The notes under the pieces: generated by a model | Told to the model about the DNA's origin: nothing | Database searches by the model: none | Seen by the model: only the letters and a program-made list of their open reading frames with translations | Position numbers and translations under genes: made by a program | Shown: positions 8,105 through 16,678 of the stretch, piece by piece | How the letters are laid out: each line of letters starts with the position of its first letter | Position numbering within the stretch: the first letter of the stretch is position 1 | Source of the DNA: Polyangiales bacterium | GTDB taxonomy: Bacteria > Myxococcota_A > Polyangia > Polyangiales > Polyangiaceae | Direction of reading: 5' to 3' | Length of the DNA: 40,815 nt | NCBI GenBank assembly: GCA_038230375.1 | Contig: JBBRNJ010000077.1 | Coordinates: 1 to 40,815, forward strand

Positions 8105-9169
8105 TCAGTGCACGGAGGAGAGCAGCGCCTCGAGCGCAGTGACCTGCTTCCGGTCCTCGGCGGAGAGCTTCTTGAGGGCGGCTGTCGCGCCGGCGCGCGT
8201 CGGTGCGGGGACCTTCGCCACCAGCTCCTTCTCCGCGTTCGTTGCATGCATCAGCTCCTGGGCGTCTTTGAGCCACGTCACCCGGCCGTCGTGTGCGGCG
8301 AGCGTCAGCTGCGCGACCACGGCTGCGACGTTGGCCTCATCCGCGCCGTGCGCCGGGTCCGTGAGCTGCGCGTGGTCGGGGCAGCCCACATCGTGCGCGA
8401 AGTTGCCGTTGACGGAGCGGACGCGCAGCCCGTCCATCAGGGTCCACAGGCTCAGAGGGTCGCCTGTGTTCGTCTCGGCGATGCGCGTGATCGCGCGGAT
8501 GACGCCGATCGCATCCTTGCCGCGGCACACGGCGCGACGCGCGCACTGACGTACCAGCTGCCCGTGCGACGACGACGCAGTCAGACCCGAAGCGAGTCGC
8601 GCAGCGATCTCATCGCGCGTTCCCGTGTCGCGCCCAAGGGCCACGCAGCTCTCGGCAGCGTTCACCAACTCCGTATCGGCGATCTCGACGCTGGAGCCCG
8701 ACGCGCGGCACGCGAGAAGCAACTTCACGCCAGGCTCCGTGATGCGCGAGTCGAGCGCGCTAGGCGCCTTGAGCGCATTGCCGTCACCGCGTGCATTCAC
8801 GACGTCGCCGACGCGGACGTGCGCTCCAGCGATCACACTCGTCACGCGGGACACGAGGACCGTCGGAGCGTGAAGGTCCGGCCCGGTGGCCCGCTGCTCG
8901 AGGATCTCCGCAGCAAAGATGTCCGCCGATGCATCCTCCACGAGATCGAGGAGGTCCGCGTGACCGTCCTGGTTGCAGTGAAAGGGCGGTGTCGATCTCG
9001 AGGTCGAGGTCGAAGTCGAAGTCGAGGTCGAGGTCGAAGTCGAGGTCGAGGTCGAGGTCGAGGTCGAAGTCGGAGTCGAAGTCGAGGTCGAAGTCGAAGT
9101 CGAAGTCGAGGTCGCCGTGGGTCGCGAACACGCCGCCAGCGCGAGGACGATCGCGACCCACGACCTCAC
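8105..9169 (-). CDS. Lipoprotein with N-terminal (Thr-Ser)n linker, 354 aa
   Basis: Lipobox LALAAC followed by a ~40-residue TS repeat. GTGA overlap with the upstream gene. Confidence 0.75.
   Translation of the reverse strand: MRSWVAIVLALAACSRPTATSTSTSTSTSTSTPTSTSTSTSTSTSTSTSTSTSTSTSRSTPPFHCNQDGHADLLDLVEDASADIFAAEILEQRATGPDLHAPTVLVSRVTSVIAGAHVRVGDVVNARGDGNALKAPSALDSRITEPGVKLLLACRASGSSVEIADTELVNAAESCVALGRDTGTRDEIAARLASGLTASSSHGQLVRQCARRAVCRGKDAIGVIRAITRIAETNTGDPLSLWTLMDGLRVRSVNGNFAHDVGCPDHAQLTDPAHGADEANVAAVVAQLTLAAHDGRVTWLKDAQELMHATNAEKELVAKVPAPTRAGATAALKKLSAEDRKQVTALEALLSSVH
8998..9114. repeat. GTCGAR hexamer tandem repeat encoding the Thr-Ser linker
   Basis: About 19 units of GTCGAG/GTCGAA. 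Confidence 0.9.
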
Positions 9170-10035
9170 GGCTGCGTATCCGCCGTGTAGAACAGGTAGC
9201 CCGCGCCCAGCAGCAGCACGCCCGCGGCGATGAACGAGACCGTGCTCACGGTCGCGAAGGTCTGCCCTTGAGTTCCCGCGTCCACGCCGAGCGCGTCGCA
9301 GGCGCGAGCACTCGTGCAGTGTGCATTCATCACGTCGTTGCGGTTCGCTGCTGCGAGGCCGCTTGCGATGCCCAGCGTGAGCCCAGCGATCACGCCACCC
9401 GCAGCTCCGAACGCAAAGCGCTTCTTGCCAGGGAGGGAGCGCGAGCCGGCCGAATGCGCCTCGCCTGGCGCCGAGCCCATGGCTTCCAGCACGACCACGC
9501 GCGATTCCGAGGCGGCCACCTGGATGCTGGTCGCGGATCGTCGCTCGCCGGACACGAGCGTGATCTCGTGCGTGCCGGGATCGACCGGGATCAGGAGGCC
9601 CAGCGCGGCACTGCCGACGTCTTCACCATCGCGGCTCACTTGCGCGCCGGGCGGGAGCGCTGGCATCACGCGGATCGACACGCGCGGAAGCCGGGGCTCC
9701 AGGTCCTTCACCTTCTTCTCCGCATACGCCCGACGCTCGTCCGCGGGCGGCAGCAGATCGAGCGCGTGCCGCAGGTGTCCCCACGCGCTCGCGACCTTGC
9801 CCTGCTTTTCGTTGCACTCTGCAAGGTTCAGCAACGTACCCGCCGCGGGCTCCAGTCGCATGCTCTCGCCGAACCGGGCGCACGCCTCTGCGTAGTTGCC
9901 GCCGTCCATCGCCTTCTGTCCCGCCTGGAAGAGCGCCTCGGCGCTCACGGTGTCCGCTCCTGCCGCGAACGCCGGACATGGCGACACGAGCGCCAACGAG
10001 AGGAGAAGAGGAACGAGCCGACTGCGCTTCCGCAT
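9166..10035 (-). CDS. Myxobacterial TPR + PEGA-like exported protein with C-terminal hydrophobic helices, 289 aa
   Basis: Signal peptide; AEALFQAGQKAMDGGNYAEACARFGESMRLEPAAGTLLNLAECNEK (TPR); IPVDPGTHEITLV (PEGA-like). TGATG coupling to the RCC1 gene. Confidence 0.85.
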   Translation of the reverse strand: MRKRSRLVPLLLSLALVSPCPAFAAGADTVSAEALFQAGQKAMDGGNYAEACARFGESMRLEPAAGTLLNLAECNEKQGKVASAWGHLRHALDLLPPADERRAYAEKKVKDLEPRLPRVSIRVMPALPPGAQVSRDGEDVGSAALGLLIPVDPGTHEITLVSGERRSATSIQVAASESRVVVLEAMGSAPGEAHSAGSRSLPGKKRFAFGAAGGVIAGLTLGIASGLAAANRNDVMNAHCTSARACDALGVDAGTQGQTFATVSTVSFIAAGVLLLGAGYLFYTADTQP

Positions 10036-11318
10036 CACCAGTTCGCGACCGTGCGCGGCGCCGGGCCTTGCTGGGTGTAGTCGCCGTTGCCGAGCTGCCC
10101 TCGATCGTTCGCGCCCCAGCACATGGGCGCTGCGTCGCCGAGCCTTGCGCAGCTGTGATGCTGACCTGCGCCCACTTCGTCCGCGCTGCCAGTGAGACCG
10201 AAGACGTCGATCAGATCACCGCCGTCGAGCGGTGTACCGCCGAGTACACCGGCGCTCGGACCGCCCCAGCAGGTGACGCCGCCGCTCGCCGTGGCGACGC
10301 ACGTGTGTTGCTCACCGCATGCGATCGCGTGGGGAGAAGCGAGCTTCGGGACCTCGATGGGGTTCGAATACTGGAGGCTGCCCGCTGCCGGCCCGAGCTC
10401 GTTCGCTGCGTTTCCACCCCAGCACAAGACCTTGCCGCTCTGCATGATGGCGCACGTATGCGCGTCGCCAGCGGCGATGGCGATCGCCTGACCGGGCAGC
10501 GCAACGGCGATCGGCGCCACGCTCTTCACTGGTGTGTCGGCGCCGAGCTGCCTCTTGTCGTTCTGGCCCCAGCACATGACACCGCCGCCCGTCACGATGG
10601 TGCAGCCGTGCTTCGTGCCCACGGCGACGCTCAGCGCGCCGCTCGAGAGGCCTGCCACCAGCACGGGGCGATCGCTCGAGGAGCCGAAGAAGTCGGCGCC
10701 CCAGCACGCGATCTTTCCGGAGGCGAGCGCGGCGCAGGTGGTGGCGCTGCGCGCGGCGATGTCCACGGCGGGCTCGCTCAGCCCCAGGACCGCGCCGGCC
10801 TTCTCGTCGACCGTGGAGTTGCCCGCTGGCGTTCGACCGAGCTCACCGCCCAGGTTTCCGCCCCACGAGTAGATCGCGCCGGACACGCCGAGCGCGCACG
10901 AGTGATACGTGCCCGAAGCAACGGCAGTCGTGGGCTCCGGCGTGGTCACGATGTGTGAGCTCTGCGCGAAGCCACCGATCGACATGCCCGTCTGCGCGGA
11001 CGTGTTGTCGCCCCAGCAATGGACGCGTCCCTGATCGTCGAGCACGCAGCTATGGAGAAGACCCAAGCTGATCGCGTGGATGCGGAGCAGGCCCGATGCA
11101 TCCGCACCGCCATCGGTCTTTGGCGCCCCGTCGGCGGACGCGCCGTCGACCGCGCTGGCGTCACCGGCGTTCGCGCCATCCGCGCTCGCGCCATCTTGCA
11201 TGGCCCCGTCACCGCCAAGGTCGGAGTCTGCGAGGTGCCCGTCCCAGTCGGCGCCGAGCAATTGCGTGCATCCTGCACATAAAAGCAGCGCGGACAAGGC
11301 GGTGATACGAGAGCGCAT
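10035..11318 (-). CDS. RCC1/BLIP-II repeat beta-propeller lipoprotein, 427 aa
   Basis: Lipobox LLCAGC and seven repeats of the GxxHxCxxxxxGxVxCWGxNxxGQLG type. Confidence 0.9.
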   Translation of the reverse strand: MRSRITALSALLLCAGCTQLLGADWDGHLADSDLGGDGAMQDGASADGANAGDASAVDGASADGAPKTDGGADASGLLRIHAISLGLLHSCVLDDQGRVHCWGDNTSAQTGMSIGGFAQSSHIVTTPEPTTAVASGTYHSCALGVSGAIYSWGGNLGGELGRTPAGNSTVDEKAGAVLGLSEPAVDIAARSATTCAALASGKIACWGADFFGSSSDRPVLVAGLSSGALSVAVGTKHGCTIVTGGGVMCWGQNDKRQLGADTPVKSVAPIAVALPGQAIAIAAGDAHTCAIMQSGKVLCWGGNAANELGPAAGSLQYSNPIEVPKLASPHAIACGEQHTCVATASGGVTCWGGPSAGVLGGTPLDGGDLIDVFGLTGSADEVGAGQHHSCARLGDAAPMCWGANDRGQLGNGDYTQQGPAPRTVANW

Positions 11319-11412
11319 GGGATGAGCGGGCTTAGGAGTGGCACGCGGATAACGCGGCCGCAAGGCGAACCTTACGACCCTGGCGGTCGAACGCAGATAT
11401 CCTGCGGGAGCG

Positions 11413-12159
11413 ATGGCATGGCCGCCCGGATGGATCGACGCGGACGCGTTCACGAAATGGCTCGCGGAGCGCCCCGAGGCGTCGCCGGATCTCACGGACG
11501 ACCTGTATCTGGCCTGCGCTTGCGTGGCGGGCGTCCCACCGGCGATCGCGGCGTTCGAGGAGCGCTACTTCGGTGAGATCGAGCGCGCGCTCGGTCGCAT
11601 GCGCCCGAAGGATCTCGCGGCCGACGAGCTCCGTCAACGCATGCGCGAGAAGCTGTTCGTGGGTGACGGCGTGCGCCCGCCCGCGCTGCGGAGCTTCAGC
11701 GGACGCGGCAACCTCACTGCGTGGTTTCGCGCGACCGTCGCGCGCGCCGTGCTCGACCACCTGGGCGCCGCGAAGGAGGTGCCCGCGGAGGACGCGCTGT
11801 TCGACGCGCTCGTCAGCGGCGAGGACGGCGCCGAGACCTCGCACCTGCGCGCAGTGTACCGCCGTGAGCTCCGCGAATCGTTCGGCGAGGCCGCCGAGCG
11901 CCTCACGCACGGGGAGCGAAATCTTCTTCGGTACGCGTTCGTCGATGGCCTTGGTGTCGCCGAGCTCGCGACCATCTACAAGATCCACCGCGCGACCGCG
12001 GGGAGGCGACTGGACGACGCGCGCGCCGCGTTCGGCAACCACCTGCGCGCCGTCATGACGGAACGCCTGAAGGTGAGCGAGACCGAGCTGCTCAGCATCG
12101 TGCGGCTGGTGCTCTCGAGCGTGGACCTCACCATCCAGAGGTACCTGGGAAAGAGCTGA
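11413..12159 (+). CDS. ECF-type RNA polymerase sigma factor, Myxococcales family (TIGR03001-like), 248 aa
   Basis: DLYLACACVAG...AIAAFE...DELRQRMREKLFV...FSGRGNLTAWFR, and region 4 ERNLLRYAFVDGLGVAELATIYKIHRATAGRRL. Confidence 0.85.
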   Translation: MAWPPGWIDADAFTKWLAERPEASPDLTDDLYLACACVAGVPPAIAAFEERYFGEIERALGRMRPKDLAADELRQRMREKLFVGDGVRPPALRSFSGRGNLTAWFRATVARAVLDHLGAAKEVPAEDALFDALVSGEDGAETSHLRAVYRRELRESFGEAAERLTHGERNLLRYAFVDGLGVAELATIYKIHRATAGRRLDDARAAFGNHLRAVMTERLKVSETELLSIVRLVLSSVDLTIQRYLGKS

Positions 12160-12248
12160 CAGGGCTGTTTTCTCGGCAAAATTGGAAATGTTGCGACATC
12201 GGCCCCGGCGGCCGGTCTTGTCCTTCGTAAGCCCCGGAGGACCCAATC

Positions 12249-13382
12249 ATGTTTTCGCATTCTTTCGTTCGTTCTTCTTCTCGTATCTTCATCGCCGCGC
12301 TCGCCACGTTTGGCGTGATCGGCACCACCGCAGGAGGCACCGGCTGCGGCCCTGCCGCGCAGAGCTCGGACATCACCGGCAGCGCTGGATCCGGTACGGA
12401 CCCCAACTGTGGCAACGGCAAGGTCGACGCGAACGAGACCTGCGACACGGCGATCGCGTCCGGCGCCAGCGCGTGCCCGTCCGGCTGCGATGATGCCAAC
12501 GCCTGCACCAAGGACGCCCTCAGCGGCGCGAGCTGCACCGCCGCGTGCGCGCACGAGGCGATCACGGCCTGCGTGTCCGGCGACGGATGTTGCGCACCTG
12601 GATGCACGCCCGCGAACGACAAGGACTGCGCCGACAGGTGCGGCGACGGCGTGGTCTCGGCCGGTGAGTCCTGCGACATCGCGGTCAAGGCGGGGAAGAA
12701 CGCATGCCCCACGTCGTGCACGTCGGCGAATGCATGCGAGGTCCCCTCGCTGGTCGGCGGTGGCTGCGACGCGCACTGCGTGCTCACCAGCATCGTGTCC
12801 CCGAAGAGCGGCGACGGCTGCTGCCCCGGCGGCGCAACGCACGCGACCGACTCCGATTGCCCCGGTGACTACGGCGATCCGTGCATGACCAGCGCGCAGT
12901 GCACCACGGGCGTGTGCCTCACCAATGTGATGTGCACGAAGATGTGCACGTTCAACGGCGCCGTGAACCAGTGCGGCCGCTCCGGCGACTACTGCCTCGA
13001 AGCCGCGGGCGGTCAGGACATCTGCTACCAGCTGATCAGCGGCGGCACCGGCGGCGACTCCGACGACAAATACATCGGCTTCGGAGTGACCTATCCGGCG
13101 CGCATCGACGCCGCGACCGACGTTGACGTGTTCATCGCCGACCTTCCGATCGGCGTGTACGGCCTCACCGTGACCTCCACCGACATGCCTGGTCAGATCG
13201 ATCTCGCGGTGGACATCTACGATGGCGGCGCGAACAAGATCGGGACCCTGAACGCGACCGGCGTGGCCGGCAACGAGGGCGGCGACTACACCGTGCAGGC
13301 CGCTGGCCGCAGCTTCTTCGTGGTGCGCGTCGCCAACGCGCTGCAGGGCAACTACTCGATCCGGCTGGACAAGAAGAGCTGA
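12249..13382 (+). CDS. Secreted/lipoprotein with myxobacterial Cys-rich repeats and a C-terminal PPC-like beta domain, 377 aa
   Basis: GGAGG RBS. Two ~75-aa repeats starting CGNGKVDANETCD and CGDGVVSAGESCD, each with SGDGCC...DxDC. C-terminal DVDVF...DLAVDIYD...FFVVRV...GNYSIRL. Confidence 0.85.
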   Translation: MFSHSFVRSSSRIFIAALATFGVIGTTAGGTGCGPAAQSSDITGSAGSGTDPNCGNGKVDANETCDTAIASGASACPSGCDDANACTKDALSGASCTAACAHEAITACVSGDGCCAPGCTPANDKDCADRCGDGVVSAGESCDIAVKAGKNACPTSCTSANACEVPSLVGGGCDAHCVLTSIVSPKSGDGCCPGGATHATDSDCPGDYGDPCMTSAQCTTGVCLTNVMCTKMCTFNGAVNQCGRSGDYCLEAAGGQDICYQLISGGTGGDSDDKYIGFGVTYPARIDAATDVDVFIADLPIGVYGLTVTSTDMPGQIDLAVDIYDGGANKIGTLNATGVAGNEGGDYTVQAAGRSFFVVRVANALQGNYSIRLDKKS

Positions 13383-13407
13383 TCCGGAAGGCGGAGCGGA
13401 GGCTATC

Positions 13408-14928
13408 GTGGAGGGCGTGTCCGAGTGCTTCGATGACAGCGCCCTCGCGCAGCTGTTCGCGGTCGCCGCCGAGGGCGCGGATCGCGACGCCGTCGACGCA
13501 CACGTAGCGGAGTGCGCCGCGTGCCGGCGGCTTGTCGGCACGTACGCACGCCTCTTCTCGGAGGACGTTGACGGGGACGATGGAAGCGCCGACGACGGCG
13601 AGCGACTTCACGGGATCGACCTGCGGCTGCCATCGACCGGGCTCCTTGCTCGCGCATGGGCAGACGCGCAGATCGGACGCACGCTGTCCGAGCGGTGGAC
13701 GCTGCGAAGGGTGATCGGCCTTGGCGGCAGCGCGGTGGTCTTCGAGGCCGAGCACAAGACCGGCAGTCGCGTCGCGATCAAGGTGCTGAGGCCGGAGCAC
13801 CTGTCGATCGCGCCGATGATGGGGCGCTTCCTGCGAGAGGCATACGTCGCGAACAAGGTGGATCACGCTGGAGTCGTGCGCGTCATCGACGACGGCGTGA
13901 CGGAGGAGGGGGCGCCCTTCCTGGTGATGGACCTGCTCATCGGCGAGACGCTGCGCGAGCGCGTGGAGCGGGTGGGTCCGCTGTCCGGATCGGCCGCGAC
14001 GGACCTTGGCGTGGCCGTGCTTCTGGTGCTCGAGCGGGCGCACGAACGCGGGATCATTCATCGCGATCTGAAGCCCGACAACGTGTTCTTCGACGAGGAG
14101 CAACGCGTTCGTGTCCTCGACTTCGGCATCGCGCGCATGACCGTTGCCGGCGCCGACCTCACCGAGACCGGGCTGGGCATGGGGACCAGCGCGTACATGC
14201 CGCCGGAGCAAGCGCGCGGCGAGTGGAAGGCCGTCGGGCCCGCAACGGACCTGTGGGCGCTCGCGGCCACGCTGATGTACGCGCTCACGAAGCGGCCGCC
14301 ACACGTCGCGGAGAACGCGCAGCAGACGCTCATCGCAGCAGCGACCTTGCCTGCGCCGAAGATCGGGACACTGGCGGCGCGCCTGACACCAGCGCTCGCA
14401 AAGGTGATCGATCAGGCGCTCGCGTTCGACCCGGAGGACCGGCCCAAGGATGCGGAGACCATGCGCACGGCGCTGCTCGCAGCGCAGGCGGCTCCGATGG
14501 ACCCACCCGACGATCGCAAGCGGCGGTTCGGTGCGTTGATCGGGCTCGCCCTTGTCGTGGTTCCTCTCGCTGGCGTCCTGCTGTTCGTCGAGCTGCGTGA
14601 AGCGAGCACGGAACAGCGTGTTTCCCCTACCTCCTCAGCGCTCTCGCTGGTCCGCCCAGATCCAACAGCAAGCGTGCCCACGTCACCAGACCCTGCGCTC
14701 CCACCGTCGCCGTCGGTCGTGCTGAGCACGGGCAGCGATGTTCCCCGCCCCTTCGCGACACCGCCCCTCCGTCCGAACGCAGGCACGACATCGAGCGTCG
14801 CGCCCACCGTGAGCGGCGCACCGTCCGTGACCGCCTCCGCGACGCCACCGTCGCCATCCGGTTCGACGATCGCGCCCGCCGCGTCCGCCTCCGCGACGCC
14901 AGGCGAGATCCTGCGCCGACGCCACTGA
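13408..14928 (+). CDS. Membrane Ser/Thr protein kinase with N-terminal zinc-finger (HxxxCxxC) anti-sigma-like motif, ~506 aa
   Basis: HVAECAAC; GLGGSAVV, VAIK, HRDLKPDN, DFG and GTSAYMPPEQ motifs; a TM helix and a Pro/Ser/Thr-rich tail. Alternative start GTG 13417. Confidence 0.92.
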   Translation: MEGVSECFDDSALAQLFAVAAEGADRDAVDAHVAECAACRRLVGTYARLFSEDVDGDDGSADDGERLHGIDLRLPSTGLLARAWADAQIGRTLSERWTLRRVIGLGGSAVVFEAEHKTGSRVAIKVLRPEHLSIAPMMGRFLREAYVANKVDHAGVVRVIDDGVTEEGAPFLVMDLLIGETLRERVERVGPLSGSAATDLGVAVLLVLERAHERGIIHRDLKPDNVFFDEEQRVRVLDFGIARMTVAGADLTETGLGMGTSAYMPPEQARGEWKAVGPATDLWALAATLMYALTKRPPHVAENAQQTLIAAATLPAPKIGTLAARLTPALAKVIDQALAFDPEDRPKDAETMRTALLAAQAAPMDPPDDRKRRFGALIGLALVVVPLAGVLLFVELREASTEQRVSPTSSALSLVRPDPTASVPTSPDPALPPSPSVVLSTGSDVPRPFATPPLRPNAGTTSSVAPTVSGAPSVTASATPPSPSGSTIAPAASASATPGEILRRRH

Positions 14929-14967
14929 GGATGAGGGAGCAGCGGAACACGCTATGATCGACCCACG

Positions 14968-15936
14968 ATGATCGAGGTCTCGAACGCCGACCGTATCGTG
15001 TTTCCCGCCGTGTCCCGGACGAAAGGAGATGTCGTTGCGTACTACGAGCGCATCGCTCCGCGGGCGTTGCCCCACGTGCTCGAACGCCCCCTCTCCATCA
15101 GGCGCTTTCCCAAGGGGCTCTCGGCGCCGGGCTTCTTCCAGAAGAACGTCCCGGCGCACTATCCGGAGTCCATCGCGCGGCTCGCGGTGCCGCGAAGTCA
15201 CGCTGCGACCAAGCGCCATCCGCGCAAGGACAAAAAGGCAGAGAGCGACGTCACGAATTATCCGATCGTGAGCCTGCCCGAGCACCTTGCCTACCTGGCG
15301 AATCAAGGCGCGATCGAGCTTCACGTCCCCACGTGCCGGGTCGCATCGTACGTGAACGGAACGGGCGCGCCCGACCGCATCGTGCTCGATCTGGATCCGC
15401 CAGAGGGCGAGACGGAGCTCGTGCGAAGCGCTGCCCTGCTCGCGCGCGACGCATTTGCGGCTCTTGGTCTGGCGTCCGTCGCCGTTGCGACCGGCTCCAA
15501 GGGCTACCACGTGGTCGCGCCCGTGGTTCCTTCCGCCGACGGTGAGGCCGTGTTTCTTGCAACGCAGAAGCTCTCCGCGTTGCTCGCGCACCAGCATCCC
15601 GACTCGATGACGCTCGCGTTCCGCGTGAACCAGCGCGGGCGCAGGGTCTTCGTGGACTTCTTGCGCAATGCACCGAACGCGACCATCGTCGCACCGTACT
15701 CCCTGCGCGCTCGCCCACGCGCGACTGTGGCAGTGCCGCTCACGTGGGAGGAGCTCGCCACCACCGCACCGGATGCCTTCACGATCGACGACGTGGAGCG
15801 GCTCATCGATCGCGAAGACACCCTCGCGAACGCGGAAACCACACCGGGCGACGCGCTGGCGTTCGTCGCAGCCGTGGATGCTGCCTTCGAGCGCGAAGGC
15901 CTCGCGCTGCAGAAGTTCGACCGCTTTCGTTCGTAG
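14968..15936 (+). CDS. ligD: Stand-alone LigD polymerase (AEP/Prim-Pol) domain protein, 322 aa
   Basis: VSNADRIVFP...TKGDVVAYY...RPLSIRRFPKG...FFQKN...PDRIVLDLDP...TGSKGYHV...RVFVDFLRN...VAPYSLRAR...VAVPLTWEE. No ligase or phosphoesterase domain. Confidence 0.9.
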   Translation: MIEVSNADRIVFPAVSRTKGDVVAYYERIAPRALPHVLERPLSIRRFPKGLSAPGFFQKNVPAHYPESIARLAVPRSHAATKRHPRKDKKAESDVTNYPIVSLPEHLAYLANQGAIELHVPTCRVASYVNGTGAPDRIVLDLDPPEGETELVRSAALLARDAFAALGLASVAVATGSKGYHVVAPVVPSADGEAVFLATQKLSALLAHQHPDSMTLAFRVNQRGRRVFVDFLRNAPNATIVAPYSLRARPRATVAVPLTWEELATTAPDAFTIDDVERLIDREDTLANAETTPGDALAFVAAVDAAFEREGLALQKFDRFRS

Positions 15937-15971
15937 CTTGGGCACCGGCGACGACCGGAGCGCCGATGCGA

Positions 15972-16580
15972 TCACATCCCCTGGACGCTCAGGCTCAGGC
16001 CCACGCGTCCCAGGCTCAGCATGGGCACGATAGTGAATGTACTCTGCATGCTGCTGCGTCCGTCATGGTCCCAGTGGCCCGTCGCAAGGCCGATGCCCAT
16101 GAACGCCGCGCCGGCGATCTGCGCGACCCCGTCCACGTAGAGCAGCGTGCGCGTGGTCGCAGAGACGGCGAGACCGTGCGGATTGATCTGCGAGTCCTTC
16201 GGGTGGTCGTCCGCGAAGATGAACGGACCCACGAGCGGGATGAGGAGCTCCCCGGCGCCGAAGTCGCCCGAGCACGTGTAGTCCGGCTTGCCGTTGTCGC
16301 ACGCAAGGCCCGCTGTTCCGAGCGCATAGAAGAACGTGGCGCCCGCACGCAGTGTCGTGGGGACTGCGGCTCCGAGCACCGGCGCATATCCGGCGAGCAG
16401 CAGCGCCGTGCCCGGTCCGAACAGCGGCATGAACGGCTTCCACGAGTACTCCGCGCCGTACGAGTCCATCGCGGACGCAGGCGCGCCGCGCATGCAGACG
16501 ACCAGCGCGACCGCGACGACGAGCACCAAGCGGAGCAGTGGCCGCCGCCGCGCATGACCCCGTCGGTGCTTCGTCTGCAT
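15972..16580 (-). CDS. Hypothetical exported/membrane protein, ~202 aa
   Basis: Signal-like N-terminus and hydrophobic segments (LLIPLVGPF, DGVAQIAGAAFMGIG), with a C-terminal beta-strand ending typical of myxobacterial exported proteins. Start uncertain (16580 or 16616). Confidence 0.65.
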   Translation of the reverse strand: MQTKHRRGHARRRPLLRLVLVVAVALVVCMRGAPASAMDSYGAEYSWKPFMPLFGPGTALLLAGYAPVLGAAVPTTLRAGATFFYALGTAGLACDNGKPDYTCSGDFGAGELLIPLVGPFIFADDHPKDSQINPHGLAVSATTRTLLYVDGVAQIAGAAFMGIGLATGHWDHDGRSSMQSTFTIVPMLSLGRVGLSLSVQGM

Positions 16581-16678
16581 GCGCGGTGGGCCGAGCATCG
16601 GGGAAACCGCTCCCATTGGACAAGTTTGCGCCCAGAGAAAGGGCCAGCGCTACCTTTGACCCTTGATAAGGTGCGCCC

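Noticed and set aside
6812..9190. 792-aa plus-strand ORF, and similar long ORFs at 17096-19093 (-), 20186-22006 (+), 22641-24470 (-), 11976-13541 (-) and 32534-34015 (-)
   Set aside because: These are antisense or alternate-frame shadows of well-supported genes, expected in high-GC DNA. They are Arg/Ala-rich with no recognisable motifs.
12170..12225. Shared GCGACA...CTTG motif here and at ~22405-22432 as a common ECF promoter
   Set aside because: The spacing differs (18 versus 17 nt) and the second site is better explained as a sigma54 -24/-12 element. One instance is not enough.
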